Below are positions 17,426-27,809 of a stretch of 64,000 bases of DNA, piece after piece. The position numbers and the translations under genes are program-made. The notes under the pieces were generated by a model that ran no database searches, was not told the origin of the DNA, and saw nothing but the letters and a program-made list of their open reading frames with translations. The first letter of the stretch is position 1, and every line of letters begins with the position of its first letter. The DNA is from Candidatus Cryptobacteroides sp. (lineage in GTDB: Bacteria > Bacteroidota > Bacteroidia > Bacteroidales > UBA932): assembly GCA_045600405.1 (NCBI GenBank), contig JAZRXV010000142.1, forward strand, positions 15,261-79,260, written 5' to 3'.

Positions 17426-18582
17426 TGCTCAAAGGTAATTTCCCCGTAGAGAAGTTCGCGGGCATGCGAACCCCGTTCTACTACTATGATATCAATCTGC
17501 TGAGGCGTACCCTCGGGACAATCAGGGACCTGCTTGACAGCAGGCCCCGGTACCGTGTCCACTATGCCGTCAAGGCGAATTTCAATCCTGAAATACTGAG
17601 GGTCATCGCATCCTACGGTTTGGGGGCGGATTGTGTCAGCGGCGGAGAGGTTGCTGCGGCTCTTGATGCCGGTTTCCCTGCCGGAAGCATCGTGTTCGCC
17701 GGTGTCGGGAAGAGCGATGAGGAGATACGTTTCTCTCTTTCAAAATGCATCGGCCGTTTCAATGTGGAATCAGAGGCCGAACTGCTTGTCATCGATGAGA
17801 TTGCCGGAGAAATGGGATGCATTGCTCCCGTCAGCCTCAGGGTCAATCCCGATATAGGGGCACATACCCATGCGAACATCACCACCGGTCTGGCTGAGAA
17901 CAAGTTCGGCATCAATTACGAACAGCTGCCGGCTGTGATGGAGGCCTGCTTGAAACTGCGGAATGTCAAATACGAGGGCCTGCATTTCCATATCGGCTCA
18001 CAGATACTTGACATGTCCGATTTCGCGGCCCTGTGCAACCGTATCAACTCCCTCTCGGCATACCTCCGCAAGTGTGGACTCCCTGTCGGAGACATCAATG
18101 TCGGAGGCGGTCTCGGTATCAACTATGAGCATCCTAACCATCTTGATATGGCTGATTTCGGGAAGTATTTCGATACATTCGACAAGTTTCTGGAACTCGC
18201 CCCGGGACAGGTGGTCCATTTCGAACCGGGACGCAGTATCGTGGGACCGTGCGGTTCTTTGATTTCAAGGGTGCTGTATGTCAAGGAAGGTACGACGAGG
18301 AAGTTTGCCATCATTGACGGAAGCATGACCGAGCTGATCAGACCTGCCCTCTACAAGGCATATCACAGGGTTGAGAATATCTCATCATATGAGGCGGAAG
18401 AGATTTATGATGTTGTCGGCCCTGTCTGCGAAAGTTCGGACGTTTTCCTTAAGGGGGCGTCGATAGACAAGTGCCACAGGGGAGACTTCATTGCCATCAG
18501 GAGCGCCGGGGCCTATGGGGAATCCATGGCTTCGCAATACAACTGCCACCGTCTCCCGGAGGCCTTTTTCGACGGAATTTAA
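17425..18582 (+). CDS. lysA: Diaminopimelate decarboxylase
   Basis: YAVKAN, HFHIGSQ, NVGGG, EPGRS, GPVCESSD, GAYG. Confidence 0.93.
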   Translation: MLKGNFPVEKFAGMRTPFYYYDINLLRRTLGTIRDLLDSRPRYRVHYAVKANFNPEILRVIASYGLGADCVSGGEVAAALDAGFPAGSIVFAGVGKSDEEIRFSLSKCIGRFNVESEAELLVIDEIAGEMGCIAPVSLRVNPDIGAHTHANITTGLAENKFGINYEQLPAVMEACLKLRNVKYEGLHFHIGSQILDMSDFAALCNRINSLSAYLRKCGLPVGDINVGGGLGINYEHPNHLDMADFGKYFDTFDKFLELAPGQVVHFEPGRSIVGPCGSLISRVLYVKEGTTRKFAIIDGSMTELIRPALYKAYHRVENISSYEAEEIYDVVGPVCESSDVFLKGASIDKCHRGDFIAIRSAGAYGESMASQYNCHRLPEAFFDGI

Positions 18583-18594
18583 TAATATCATAAT

Positions 18595-20055
18595 ATGATC
18601 ACGCTGGTTATAAGCATCGTGGCATTGGTGCTTGGCTATCTGTTTTACGGCAAGTTTGTGGAGAAGGTTTACGGGCCCGATCCGGACAGGCTCACTCCGG
18701 CTTATGAAAAGCAGGATGGAAGCGACTATGTCCCTATGCCTTCCTGGAAGGTTTTCATGATCCAGTTCCTGAACATTGCCGGGACCGGTCCTATCTTCGG
18801 AGCCATACTCGGTGCCAAATTCGGACCTTCATGCTATCTGTGGATTGTGCTGGGATGTATTTTCGGAGGTGCGGTGCACGATTACCTCTCCGGAATGCTG
18901 TCCATCAGGCACGGTGGTGCGGGACTTCCGGGCATCATCGGCTACAATCTCGGGAACCGTACGAAAAATGTGATGCTGGTCTTCTCCGTGGTGATGCTGA
19001 TGCTTGTAGGTGCGGTGTTCGTATATAGTCCGGCAGTCATTCTGGGTGATATCGCCGGAGGTGGCACGGCTTCCGCCATCAGGATATGGACCATAGTAAT
19101 TCTGATATATTATATCATCGCCACACTGGTGCCTATTGACAAGATAATTGGCAAGATATACCCGTTGTTCGCGATAGCGTTGATATTCATGGCTGTCTCG
19201 TTGCTGGTCTGCCTTATCGCCAAGTGGCCTTCCGGAGTGCCTGAAATCTGGGACGGACTTCAGAACAGGACTCCCGAGGCCGGAAACATATTCCCATGCC
19301 TGTTCATCTCCATTGCCTGTGGCGCTGTGAGCGGATTTCATGCCACGCAGTCTCCTCTTATGGCCCGTTGCATGAAGAATGAGAAACTGGGCCGTCCTAT
19401 ATTCTATGGTTCAATGATCACCGAAGGCGTCATCGCTTTGATATGGGCTACCATTTCATCATATTTCTTCTATGGAGGCGGCAATGTGGAAATGGGTGCC
19501 GAATCCGTCAAGGCGGCCCCTGCAGTCGTATCTGCAGTATCCAAGAGCTGGTTGGGAACCTTCGGCAGCATTCTTGCCCTGCTCGGTGTCGTAGCGGCTC
19601 CTATCACCAGTGGAGATACGGCCCTGCGTTCTGCGAGACTCATCGTGGCGGAGGCATTCAAGGCCGATCAGTCCACGCGTCTAAGCAGATTGACTGTCAG
19701 CGTGCCTATCTTTGTCGTGACCGGGGCGCTGCTGTGGTTCAGCATAGCCGATGCCAACGGATTCGATGTGATATGGAGGTATTTCGGCTGGGCCAACCAG
19801 ACTCTGTCAGTTTTCACATTCTGGGCGATAACCGTGTATCTGGCGCGGCGCCGCAGGGGAGTGTATTATCTCATGACATTGCTGCCCGCATGTTTCATGA
19901 CCTCGGTCTGCAGTACATTCATACTCACTGCAAAGATCGGTTTCAACGTGCCTGTAGCAGCAATACCATATCTCGGTTTCGTTTTCTTCCTGGTGCCGAT
20001 GGCGATATTCTTCGTATGGCTGCACCGTCACGCGGATCAGAGGAATCCGGCATAA
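18595..20055 (+). CDS. cstA: Carbon starvation protein A family transporter
   Basis: IQFLNIAGTGPIFG, ACGAVSGFHATQ, PITSGDTA, YFGWANQ. Confidence 0.9.
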   Translation: MITLVISIVALVLGYLFYGKFVEKVYGPDPDRLTPAYEKQDGSDYVPMPSWKVFMIQFLNIAGTGPIFGAILGAKFGPSCYLWIVLGCIFGGAVHDYLSGMLSIRHGGAGLPGIIGYNLGNRTKNVMLVFSVVMLMLVGAVFVYSPAVILGDIAGGGTASAIRIWTIVILIYYIIATLVPIDKIIGKIYPLFAIALIFMAVSLLVCLIAKWPSGVPEIWDGLQNRTPEAGNIFPCLFISIACGAVSGFHATQSPLMARCMKNEKLGRPIFYGSMITEGVIALIWATISSYFFYGGGNVEMGAESVKAAPAVVSAVSKSWLGTFGSILALLGVVAAPITSGDTALRSARLIVAEAFKADQSTRLSRLTVSVPIFVVTGALLWFSIADANGFDVIWRYFGWANQTLSVFTFWAITVYLARRRRGVYYLMTLLPACFMTSVCSTFILTAKIGFNVPVAAIPYLGFVFFLVPMAIFFVWLHRHADQRNPA

Positions 20056-20077
20056 TAGAGAATCAATATTGTCCGTT

Positions 20078-21481
20078 ATGATTAACAGAAGGGATTTTTT
20101 GAAAGTTGCAGGTACATCGGCGGCAGCACTTGCGCTCGATCCTGTAAATGTCTTCGCTTCCACAGCAGGAAGCAGAAAGAGGATAAAAGGTGCGAATGAC
20201 AAAGTCAACGTAGCTTTTATCGGCATCGGTAACAAGGGACGTGAGGAGGCCGTCTTTGCATGGCAGACCGGTCTGTGCAACGTCCTCGCTATCTGTGATG
20301 TCAATATGGGAGCTCCCCATACTGCAGAGGTCATGGGCATGTTCCCGGAGGCAAAGAGATACACTGACTTCCGGCTGCTGTTCGATGAAATGGCCGGCAA
20401 GCTGGATGCTGTATTCATTGCTGTCCCTGATTTTGCGCATTTCCCGATCGCCATGCGTGCGCTCAAGGAAAATATCCATGTTTACTGCGAGAAACCGCTA
20501 TGCCGCACTTTCCATGAGTGCGAATTGCTTCTTGAAGAATCCAGACTTCATCCTGATCTGATCACCCAGCTCGGCAATCAGGGGCACTCCGGTCCGGCCT
20601 ATTTCCAGTTCAAGTCATGGACTGAGGCTGGAATAATCAAGAATATAACAAGGATAGACGCCCATATGAACAATTGGCGCCGCTGGCATCCATATGATGT
20701 AAATATCAAGAAATTCCCTGATTCCGAAACGATGCCGGAGACCATGCACTGGGATATCTGGCAGATGCAGACGATGTATCATGACTACTCAGCCAAGTTC
20801 GATACCGGCAACTGGCGTGGCTGGTATGACTTCGGTATGGGGGCTCTTGGCGACTGGGGGGCTCATATTCTCGATTCATGCCATCAGTTCCTTGATCTTG
20901 GCCTTCCTACAGAGGTGAGCATGCTCAAAGCCGAAGGACATAATGATTATTTCTTCCCGAAGGCTTCCACAATACAGTTCAAATTCCCGCGCAGAGGGAC
21001 GAAACCGGCCCTTACCCTCACCTGGTATGACGGGCAGGAGAATCCGGCCCCTGTACCTGAAGGCTATTGGTGTAACTTCCACGATGAAGACAAGGGATGC
21101 GGAAAGATTCTCTATGGCGATGAGCTGATTTTTGCCGGAGGAGCACACCGTACAGCTCTGCACATCGTTCCTGAGCACCTTCACAAGGAACTGGAGGCAA
21201 GCGGCAGAATTCCGGCCACGCCTGAAATGCCGGAGGATTTCCTTATCAATCATCACAGGAATTTCCTGAGATCCATCCTGGGATTGGAGGAGCCTCATTC
21301 ACCTTTCGAAGTCGCAGTCCCGCTGTGCCAGGTCCTGAACCTTGGCGTTATCGCCCAACGGCTCAATACTTCATTCCATTTCGACCGGACCACACACGAG
21401 ATTGTTGACAATCCGTTCGCAAATGCACTTCTCGCCGGAATACCGCCAAGAAAGGGATGGGAGGATTATTACAGACTTTAA
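20078..21481 (+). CDS. Gfo/Idh/MocA oxidoreductase with Tat-like signal
   Basis: NRRDFLK, IGIGNKG, HVYCEKP, GALGDWGAHILD. Confidence 0.88.
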   Translation: MINRRDFLKVAGTSAAALALDPVNVFASTAGSRKRIKGANDKVNVAFIGIGNKGREEAVFAWQTGLCNVLAICDVNMGAPHTAEVMGMFPEAKRYTDFRLLFDEMAGKLDAVFIAVPDFAHFPIAMRALKENIHVYCEKPLCRTFHECELLLEESRLHPDLITQLGNQGHSGPAYFQFKSWTEAGIIKNITRIDAHMNNWRRWHPYDVNIKKFPDSETMPETMHWDIWQMQTMYHDYSAKFDTGNWRGWYDFGMGALGDWGAHILDSCHQFLDLGLPTEVSMLKAEGHNDYFFPKASTIQFKFPRRGTKPALTLTWYDGQENPAPVPEGYWCNFHDEDKGCGKILYGDELIFAGGAHRTALHIVPEHLHKELEASGRIPATPEMPEDFLINHHRNFLRSILGLEEPHSPFEVAVPLCQVLNLGVIAQRLNTSFHFDRTTHEIVDNPFANALLAGIPPRKGWEDYYRL

Positions 21482-21491
21482 CGTTTGAAGC

Positions 21492-22205
21492 ATGAAATTC
21501 CGTAGTTTTTTCACCGTCGTATCCCTTATTGTCCTTACTGCCTGCAACGCCGGTTGGACTCCTATGTCCAATGGCAATGATCTTTCAGGATGGACCGATG
21601 TGCATGGTAATCCTGTGCCGGAAAGCCTTTGGTGCTCAATGGACGGAGTTATTGTTTCCCATCCGGACATTGATGCCGAATCGTCAGGTGATATCCAGTC
21701 TGCTCCGGCAGGGACGATGGACATCATTAGCGCAGGAGTATATAAGGATTTCAAGCTCAAGCTTGAATTCAAACTTGAAGCTGGCTCCAACGGCGGGATC
21801 AAGTACTTCATCAATCCGGGGACATTCAGCAATCCGTCGGTGGGCTTTGAATATCAGGTGATAGACGATGAGAAATTCGGCGAATATCATTTCGATATCA
21901 ACAATGTCCAGACAACGGCATCATTATATGACATCCTTTCCTCAAACAAGCAGGATGCCGATTTCAAGCCATACGAGTGGAATCAGGCAATGATTGTTGT
22001 CAGAGGAGGGAGGGTCGAGCATTGGCTGAACGGGGCCAAAGTCCTTGAACTTGACCGTTTTTCACCTTCTTTCGATGTCCTTGTCGTCAATAGCAAGTTC
22101 AGGAACGAAAAAGGTTTCGGAAAACTTGAAGGAGGACATATCCTCCTTCAAGACCATGGATGCAGAGTGTATTACAGGAATATACGGATCAAGGAGCTGA
22201 AATAG
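21492..22205 (+). CDS. DUF1080 (3-keto-disaccharide hydrolase-like) lipoprotein
   Basis: Lipobox LTAC; NGNDLSGW, NGGIKY, EYQVID, LQDHG, YRNIRIKEL. Confidence 0.88.
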   Translation: MKFRSFFTVVSLIVLTACNAGWTPMSNGNDLSGWTDVHGNPVPESLWCSMDGVIVSHPDIDAESSGDIQSAPAGTMDIISAGVYKDFKLKLEFKLEAGSNGGIKYFINPGTFSNPSVGFEYQVIDDEKFGEYHFDINNVQTTASLYDILSSNKQDADFKPYEWNQAMIVVRGGRVEHWLNGAKVLELDRFSPSFDVLVVNSKFRNEKGFGKLEGGHILLQDHGCRVYYRNIRIKELK

Positions 22206-23222
22206 CTATTTTTCCTTGATTCCGCCTGCTGAAATCAGATATTCCGCAATCTGGACGGCGTTGAGTGCAGCGCCCTTCTTGATCTGGTCACCGGAAAGCC
22301 AGAGGGTGAGTCCGTTATCGTTGGCCAGATCCTTGCGGACGCGTCCTACGAAAACATTGTCCTTGCCTCCTGTGAAGAGCGGCATAGGGTATGTCTGCGT
22401 TGACGGATCATCCTGAAGGGTGAGTCCCGGTGCGGCTGCGATGGCCTCCTGGACTGTCTTGATGTCCAACGGTTTCTCGGTCTCGATCCATACCGCTTCA
22501 GAGTGTGACCTCAGGGACGAGATCCTGACGCACATCGCTGAGCAACGGACATCCGAGTGGAGTATCTTCCTGGTCTCGTTGAACATCTTCATCTCCTCCT
22601 TTGTATAGCCGTTGTCTGTGAAAACGTCAATCTGAGGGATGACGTTGTATGCCAGCTGATAAGCGAATTTGTTGATTGTGACAGGGTTGCCTTCAACTAT
22701 GTCCTTGTACTGCTGCTGAAGCTCGGCCATAGCCTGTGCTCCGGCACCGGATGCGGACTGGTAACTTGCCACGTGTATCCTGGTGATGTGTGACAGCTGC
22801 TCGATAGGCTTGAGGACGACAACCATCATGATTGTGGTGCAGTTAGGATTGGCGATGATGCCGCGAGGTCTTACAAGGGCATCTTCAGCGTTGCACTCAG
22901 GGACAACCAGAGGCACATCCGCGTCCATGCGGAATGCGCTGGAGTTGTCAATCATGACAGCACCGTACTTGGTGATGGTCTCGGCAAATTCGCGTGAAGT
23001 CCCGGCTCCGGCTGAGGTGAATGCGATATCCACGTCCTTGAAATCATCGTTGTGCTGGAGAAGTTTCACTTCATATTCCTTCCCCTTGAACTTATATTTT
23101 CGTCCTGCACTGCGGCTTGAACCGAACAGTACAAGTTCATCGATTGGAAAATCCCTTTCTTCGAGGACCTTGAGGAACTCCTGTCCTACGGCCCCGCTTG
23201 CGCCTACAATTGCTACTTTCAT
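22206..23222 (-). CDS. asd: Aspartate-semialdehyde dehydrogenase
   Basis: [41 protein letters not shown]. Confidence 0.95.
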   Translation of the reverse strand: MKVAIVGASGAVGQEFLKVLEERDFPIDELVLFGSSRSAGRKYKFKGKEYEVKLLQHNDDFKDVDIAFTSAGAGTSREFAETITKYGAVMIDNSSAFRMDADVPLVVPECNAEDALVRPRGIIANPNCTTIMMVVVLKPIEQLSHITRIHVASYQSASGAGAQAMAELQQQYKDIVEGNPVTINKFAYQLAYNVIPQIDVFTDNGYTKEEMKMFNETRKILHSDVRCSAMCVRISSLRSHSEAVWIETEKPLDIKTVQEAIAAAPGLTLQDDPSTQTYPMPLFTGGKDNVFVGRVRKDLANDNGLTLWLSGDQIKKGAALNAVQIAEYLISAGGIKEK

Positions 23223-23235
23223 GGCTTAATATATT

Positions 23236-25662
23236 TTAGATGTTCGCTATGCTCATGATGTCGGCGAATACTCCGGCGGCAGTTACGCTCGCACCAGCTC
23301 CGTAGCCCTGAATGAGAAGAGGGTGCTGGTTGTATCGCTCTGTGGTGATGAGCACGATATTGTTCGATCCGTCAAGGACATAGAATGAATGGAGCATTTC
23401 GACAGCCTGGAGGGAGACTGAAAGTTTCCCTTCGTCCATCTTTGCAACGAACCTCCATCTCTTGTTGTCGGCTTCCAGTTCTTTTCTCTCTTCTTCGAAC
23501 TTCTCGTCCAGAGCAGGAAGCTTCTTCCAGAATTCGTCCAAGCTGCAGTCGAAGAAATCGGCAGGAATGAAAAGTTTGGCTTCGACATCCTCCTGATTGA
23601 CCTTGTAGCCTGCTTCGCGTGCCAGGATGACGAGTTTTCGGATTACATCCTTGCCGGAAAGGTCTATACGAGGATCCGGTTCGGAAAATCCCTGCTCTTT
23701 TGCCATGCGGACGGTTTCGCTGAAAGGAATGTCCTTTGAAATGGTGTTGAATATGAAGTTGAGGGTGCCGCTTACGACAGCCTCGATCTTGAGTATCTTG
23801 TCCCCGCTGTTGACGAGGTCGTTGATAGTACCGATGATAGGCAGTCCTGCACCGACATTGGTCTCGAAAAGGAATTTGACACCGCGTCTGCGTGCAGTCT
23901 CCTTGAGGGAGATGTAGTTGTCATAATCGGAGGATGCTGCTATCTTGTTCGCCGCCACCACTGAGATTCCGTTTTCGAAGAGTTCCTTGTATATCGTCGC
24001 GACTTCGGCGCTTGCGGTACAGTCGACGAATACGGAATTGAAAATGTTCATCCCGATCACCTCGTTCTTGAGGGTCTCGAGATCCATAGGGATGCCGTCC
24101 TTCAGCAGCTCGGAATAGTTGCTGATGTCAATCCCGTTGCGGTCGAAGATTCCCTTTGAACTGCGGGCGATGCCGACAATGTTGAGTTTGAGGTTGCGCT
24201 CCCGTATGAGTTTCTCCTTCTGGGCCGCAATCTGTTCGATGAGTTTCCCGCCGACGGTGCCTATTCCGCATATGAACAGGTTCAGTTCCTGGCATTCGGA
24301 GAGGAAGAAACTGTCATGTATGACGTTGAGGCTCTTGCGGAGGTTCTTGCCGTCCACGACGAAGGAGATGTTGGTTTCATCTGAACCCTGGGCGCATGCA
24401 ATCACGCTTATGCCGTTGCGTCCGAGGGTGCTGAACAGCTTGCCTGCAAGTCCGGGATGGCCGAGCATATTGTCGCCTACCACTGCCACGGTTGCAAGAC
24501 CGTGCATCACCTTGATTGGGTTGATGGCACCAAGCTTTATCTCATGGGCGAATTCTTCGCTCAGCACCTTTACGGCAAGTCCGGCATCGCATGCGTCCAC
24601 TCCGAAAGTGATACCTGTCTCGGATGAGGTCTGACATATCATGAACACGCTGATGCAGTTGTCCGCCAGGGTGCTGAAGATGCGTCCGTCGACACCGATT
24701 ATTCCGACCATGGAGTTTCCTGAGAGGGTCAGGAGGCAGGTGTCGTTGATTGACGAGATTCCTGTGATAGGTTTTCCGTTGAGGCATTTATCCTTGATGA
24801 CGGATCCGGGAGCCTCTGGATTGAAGGTGTTCTTGATCCTGATAGGGATGTGCTTTGCCCTGACTGGATGGAGGGTAGGGGGATAGATGACCTTTGCTCC
24901 GAAATTGCAAAGCTCCATCGCCTCCTGATAACTGAGTTCGCTGATGACGTAGGATGTCTTTATGACGCGTGGGTCCGCTGTCATGAATCCGTCTACATCC
25001 GTCCAAATTTCAAGGATCTCTGCGTCGAGGGCTGCTGCGATGATGCTTGCGGTATAATCCGATCCGCCCCTTCCGAGGTTGGTGATTTCGCCGCTGTCCC
25101 TGTCCCTGGAAATGAATCCCGGGACAATGGCCGCCTTTCCTGAGAATGAGGCGAATGCCTCTGATAGAAGCTTGCTTGAGAGTTCGATGTCAGGATAGTC
25201 CTTCTTGCCCTGATGGAAAGTCTTGATGAAATCAAGGGAGTCCATTCTGGCGGCCCCTTCGATAAGGGCCGTGACAATCATTGAAGAGCATCTTTCTCCG
25301 AAACTTACTATTTCGTTCGCCGTGCGGCTTGTGAGTATGTGCAGCAGTGACACTCCTCGGAGAAGGTCTCCCAACTGGTCAAGCAGCAGGTCGATTTCCT
25401 GATCCAGATCCTTTCTTCTGTCAGGGTTGCCGATTACGGATGTAATGTCGTGATGACGCTCCTTCAGTGACTGGAATTCAGCAATATAGGAAGTGTCGCC
25501 GGCCTCCGCCATCTTTCCCATGGCGATGAGCTGGTCAGTGACTCCGCCCAGAGCGGATACGACAATTGCCACCGGCTCTGCCTGTGACTCGACGATGTTC
25601 TTGACTTGAAGAAGGCTATCCTTGGAACCGACGGATGACCCGCCGAATTTTAGAACTTTCAT
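23236..25662 (-). CDS. thrA: Bifunctional aspartate kinase/homoserine dehydrogenase I
   Basis: KFGGSSV, GRGGSDY, ACT domains, GIGTVG, ETNVGAGLP, GYGAGASVTA. Confidence 0.95.
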   Translation of the reverse strand: MKVLKFGGSSVGSKDSLLQVKNIVESQAEPVAIVVSALGGVTDQLIAMGKMAEAGDTSYIAEFQSLKERHHDITSVIGNPDRRKDLDQEIDLLLDQLGDLLRGVSLLHILTSRTANEIVSFGERCSSMIVTALIEGAARMDSLDFIKTFHQGKKDYPDIELSSKLLSEAFASFSGKAAIVPGFISRDRDSGEITNLGRGGSDYTASIIAAALDAEILEIWTDVDGFMTADPRVIKTSYVISELSYQEAMELCNFGAKVIYPPTLHPVRAKHIPIRIKNTFNPEAPGSVIKDKCLNGKPITGISSINDTCLLTLSGNSMVGIIGVDGRIFSTLADNCISVFMICQTSSETGITFGVDACDAGLAVKVLSEEFAHEIKLGAINPIKVMHGLATVAVVGDNMLGHPGLAGKLFSTLGRNGISVIACAQGSDETNISFVVDGKNLRKSLNVIHDSFFLSECQELNLFICGIGTVGGKLIEQIAAQKEKLIRERNLKLNIVGIARSSKGIFDRNGIDISNYSELLKDGIPMDLETLKNEVIGMNIFNSVFVDCTASAEVATIYKELFENGISVVAANKIAASSDYDNYISLKETARRRGVKFLFETNVGAGLPIIGTINDLVNSGDKILKIEAVVSGTLNFIFNTISKDIPFSETVRMAKEQGFSEPDPRIDLSGKDVIRKLVILAREAGYKVNQEDVEAKLFIPADFFDCSLDEFWKKLPALDEKFEEERKELEADNKRWRFVAKMDEGKLSVSLQAVEMLHSFYVLDGSNNIVLITTERYNQHPLLIQGYGAGASVTAAGVFADIMSIANI

Positions 25663-25704
25663 AAGGTATGTTCAACTAACTTGATAAAGGTATGTGTTTT
25701 CGTG

Positions 25705-25732
25705 CAAAAATACAAATAAAAGCGTAAATTTG
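25705..25732. promoter_or_regulatory. Overlapping divergent -7 promoters (thrA / nadE)
   Basis: TATTTTTG on - (25705-25712), TAAATTTG on + (25725-25732). Confidence 0.6.
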
Positions 25733-25752
25733 CTGAAATAGGAATTGTCTAT

Positions 25753-26484
25753 ATGGATTATAATGCATTGAAAGTACAGTGCGTGGCATGGATACGCGAC
25801 TGGTTTGAAAGGAATGGAAAGGGATGTTGTGCCGTACTTGGCATGAGCGGCGGCAAGGACAGTACCGTGGCGGCGGCGCTGTGTGCCGAGGCCTTGGGGA
25901 AGGACATGGTCGTCGGGGTCGCCATGCCTGCGGAAGGACAGAGCCTGAACGGTGCTGACAAGATATGCGAATATCTGGGCATCAGATATATCTGTGCGCC
26001 GATCCATGATATAATAAAGGGTTTTGATGCGGTCCGGGCCGTACTTCCGGAAAGTTTTTCCAACCAGACGGAACAGAATATCCCTCCCCGGGTTAGGATG
26101 GCGGTGGTATATGCCATTTCCCAGACATTGAAGGGCCGTGTCGTGAACACTTGCAATCTTTCGGAAGACTGGGTCGGGTATGCTACCAGATGGGGGGATT
26201 CCGTCGGTGATTTCAGTCCTCTCGGAGGCCTTGTGGTCCAGGAGATCAAGGGAATAGGGCATGCCCTCGGTATCCCGGCGGAATGGGTGGACAAGATTCC
26301 TGACGATGGGCTGCCTCACAGCTGCTCCGATGAGGAGAAATTCGGTTTTACCTATGAGGTGCTTGACCGGTATATCAGGACAGGGGAGTGTGACGATGAA
26401 GCCGTGAAGGCGAAGATTGATTCCATGCACGCGCGCAACCTCTTCAAAATGTCCATGCCGGAGGCGTTTGTGCCTGAAGTTTGA
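25753..26484 (+). CDS. nadE: NH3-dependent NAD+ synthetase (no glutaminase domain)
   Basis: GMSGGKDS, NIPPRVRM, NTCNLSE..GYATRWGD, SDEEKFGFTY. Confidence 0.88.
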   Translation: MDYNALKVQCVAWIRDWFERNGKGCCAVLGMSGGKDSTVAAALCAEALGKDMVVGVAMPAEGQSLNGADKICEYLGIRYICAPIHDIIKGFDAVRAVLPESFSNQTEQNIPPRVRMAVVYAISQTLKGRVVNTCNLSEDWVGYATRWGDSVGDFSPLGGLVVQEIKGIGHALGIPAEWVDKIPDDGLPHSCSDEEKFGFTYEVLDRYIRTGECDDEAVKAKIDSMHARNLFKMSMPEAFVPEV

Positions 26485-26529
26485 GCGTCGCTGATGCAAA
26501 TGCGGCTGCGTGCTGAGTCTTTGGAATAA

Positions 26530-26852
26530 GGCCGGGCCGTAAGCCGGTTTCTGTTTTTGAATTCGTCATTTATCTTCGCAACCTACCCCCTGGCATCGGG
26601 CGGGCAGCCCTCATCTGCCAGTATATTTGGTTTTGCAGGTCCCGGTGCCGTACTCCCCGCACATCGCTGTACGGAGCCGTGGGCTCTTGCCCCACGTTTT
26701 CACCCTTGCCGCGCTGAAACGCCCTTGCGGGCTCGCCCGGCGGTTGTTTTCTGTTACGGCTTGCCTGAGGTTACCCCCATCTGCGCTTTCCGCAGCGGGA
26801 TGCCCTTCCCTGTCCGGACTTTCCTCTCATATGAGCGACGAATCGCCCGGCC
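26530..26852 (-). ncRNA. rnpB: RNase P RNA (type A)
   Basis: Minus strand GAGGAAAGUCC ... GGGUGAAA ... ACAGAAACCGGCUUA; complementary ends; promoter TATCTTTG at 26871-26878. Confidence 0.95.
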
Positions 26853-26906
26853 TTTATTTCAAAGAGTTTGCAAAGATAGTCCTTTTCCTTGATGCGGCAA
26901 AAGGCA

Positions 26907-27662
26907 CTATCTGATTTCTTTCAATGTGATTTCGTACAGTTTCGGCCAGTTTTTCCCGGTAAGGTATATTTTGCCGTCGGCCGGGTTGCGGGCGATGCCG
27001 TTCAGAACATCCGTGTCAGGGGTCCTGAGATTTTTGGGCAGAAGTCCTGTGCAGTCCACCGTGGCTTCCACTTCTCCTGTCCCGGGATTTATGATGACAA
27101 TCATGTCCGTTGTGTAGACGTTGGCCCATATTCTTCCGTCTATCCATTCGAGTTCGTTGAGATATTTGACCGGTCTGCCATTCAGCGTGACGTTCAGGCT
27201 CTTTTCGAGCTTGAATGATGGGGTGAGGAAATATATCTTGGATGATCCGTCCGACGCCACAAGGGATTTCCCATCGGTTGTGAGGCCCCAACCCTCACGC
27301 GGGTAGGAGTACGTCTGCTTGTATTCCAGGGTTTCGGCATCATATACGAACGCAACCTTGTTGAGCCATGTCAGCATGAACATTTCGTTGCCCAGTATCA
27401 CGCTTCCTTCTCCGAAGTATTTGCGGGCGAAATCCAATTTCCTCGTGACCTTGCCGGTCTCGAGCTCGACTATGCGGAAACTGCTGGTCCCGAATTCTCC
27501 CGTGCTTTCGTACAGCGTCCCGTCATTGAAGAAAAGCCCCTGGGTGTATGCCTTGCTGTCATGAGGATATTCCTTGACGACATTCACCTTGTATTGCCTG
27601 ACCTTTGCCGAGCAGCTGCAGCAGCTCAGCAGGATTGCCATTATGCACAGTAACTTTTTCAT
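26907..27662 (-). CDS. Glutaminyl-peptide cyclotransferase (beta-propeller type), probable lipoprotein
   Basis: YTQGL, LYESTG, FGEG, EGWGLT, LNELE, VLNGIA, TGKNW. Confidence 0.92.
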   Translation of the reverse strand: MKKLLCIMAILLSCCSCSAKVRQYKVNVVKEYPHDSKAYTQGLFFNDGTLYESTGEFGTSSFRIVELETGKVTRKLDFARKYFGEGSVILGNEMFMLTWLNKVAFVYDAETLEYKQTYSYPREGWGLTTDGKSLVASDGSSKIYFLTPSFKLEKSLNVTLNGRPVKYLNELEWIDGRIWANVYTTDMIVIINPGTGEVEATVDCTGLLPKNLRTPDTDVLNGIARNPADGKIYLTGKNWPKLYEITLKEIR

Positions 27663-27682
27663 ATTTGTTACAAAAATAGTAA

Positions 27683-27717
27683 AAAACGAAAAAACCTCGC
27701 TGTCACAGCGAGGTTTT
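27683..27717. terminator. Perfect-hairpin intrinsic terminator (longer U-tract on the minus strand)
   Basis: AAAACCTCGCTG-tca-CAGCGAGGTTTT at 27691-27717. Confidence 0.85.
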
Positions 27718-27809
27718 ACGGTTAGTTAGTAGTGTATACCTTAAAGAAGGTTAATTATTGTTGGTTAGAAGTCTCCGGAAGAACCCGGAGTAGAGTTGTT
27801 TCATTTCCA
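27685..27809 (-). ncRNA. Candidate ~125-nt small RNA (contains a 17-codon ORF)
   Basis: Minus-strand TTGC-N18-TATCTTTG (27814-27843); internal hairpin 27773-27790; terminator 27691-27717. Confidence 0.55.

Noticed and set aside
16112-25662. Two aspartate kinases close together as a novelty
   Set aside because: LysC plus ThrA is the ordinary complement; no riboswitch was recognisable in the short leaders.
26557-26914. + strand ORFs of 111 and 95 aa
   Set aside because: They are antisense to the RNase P RNA.
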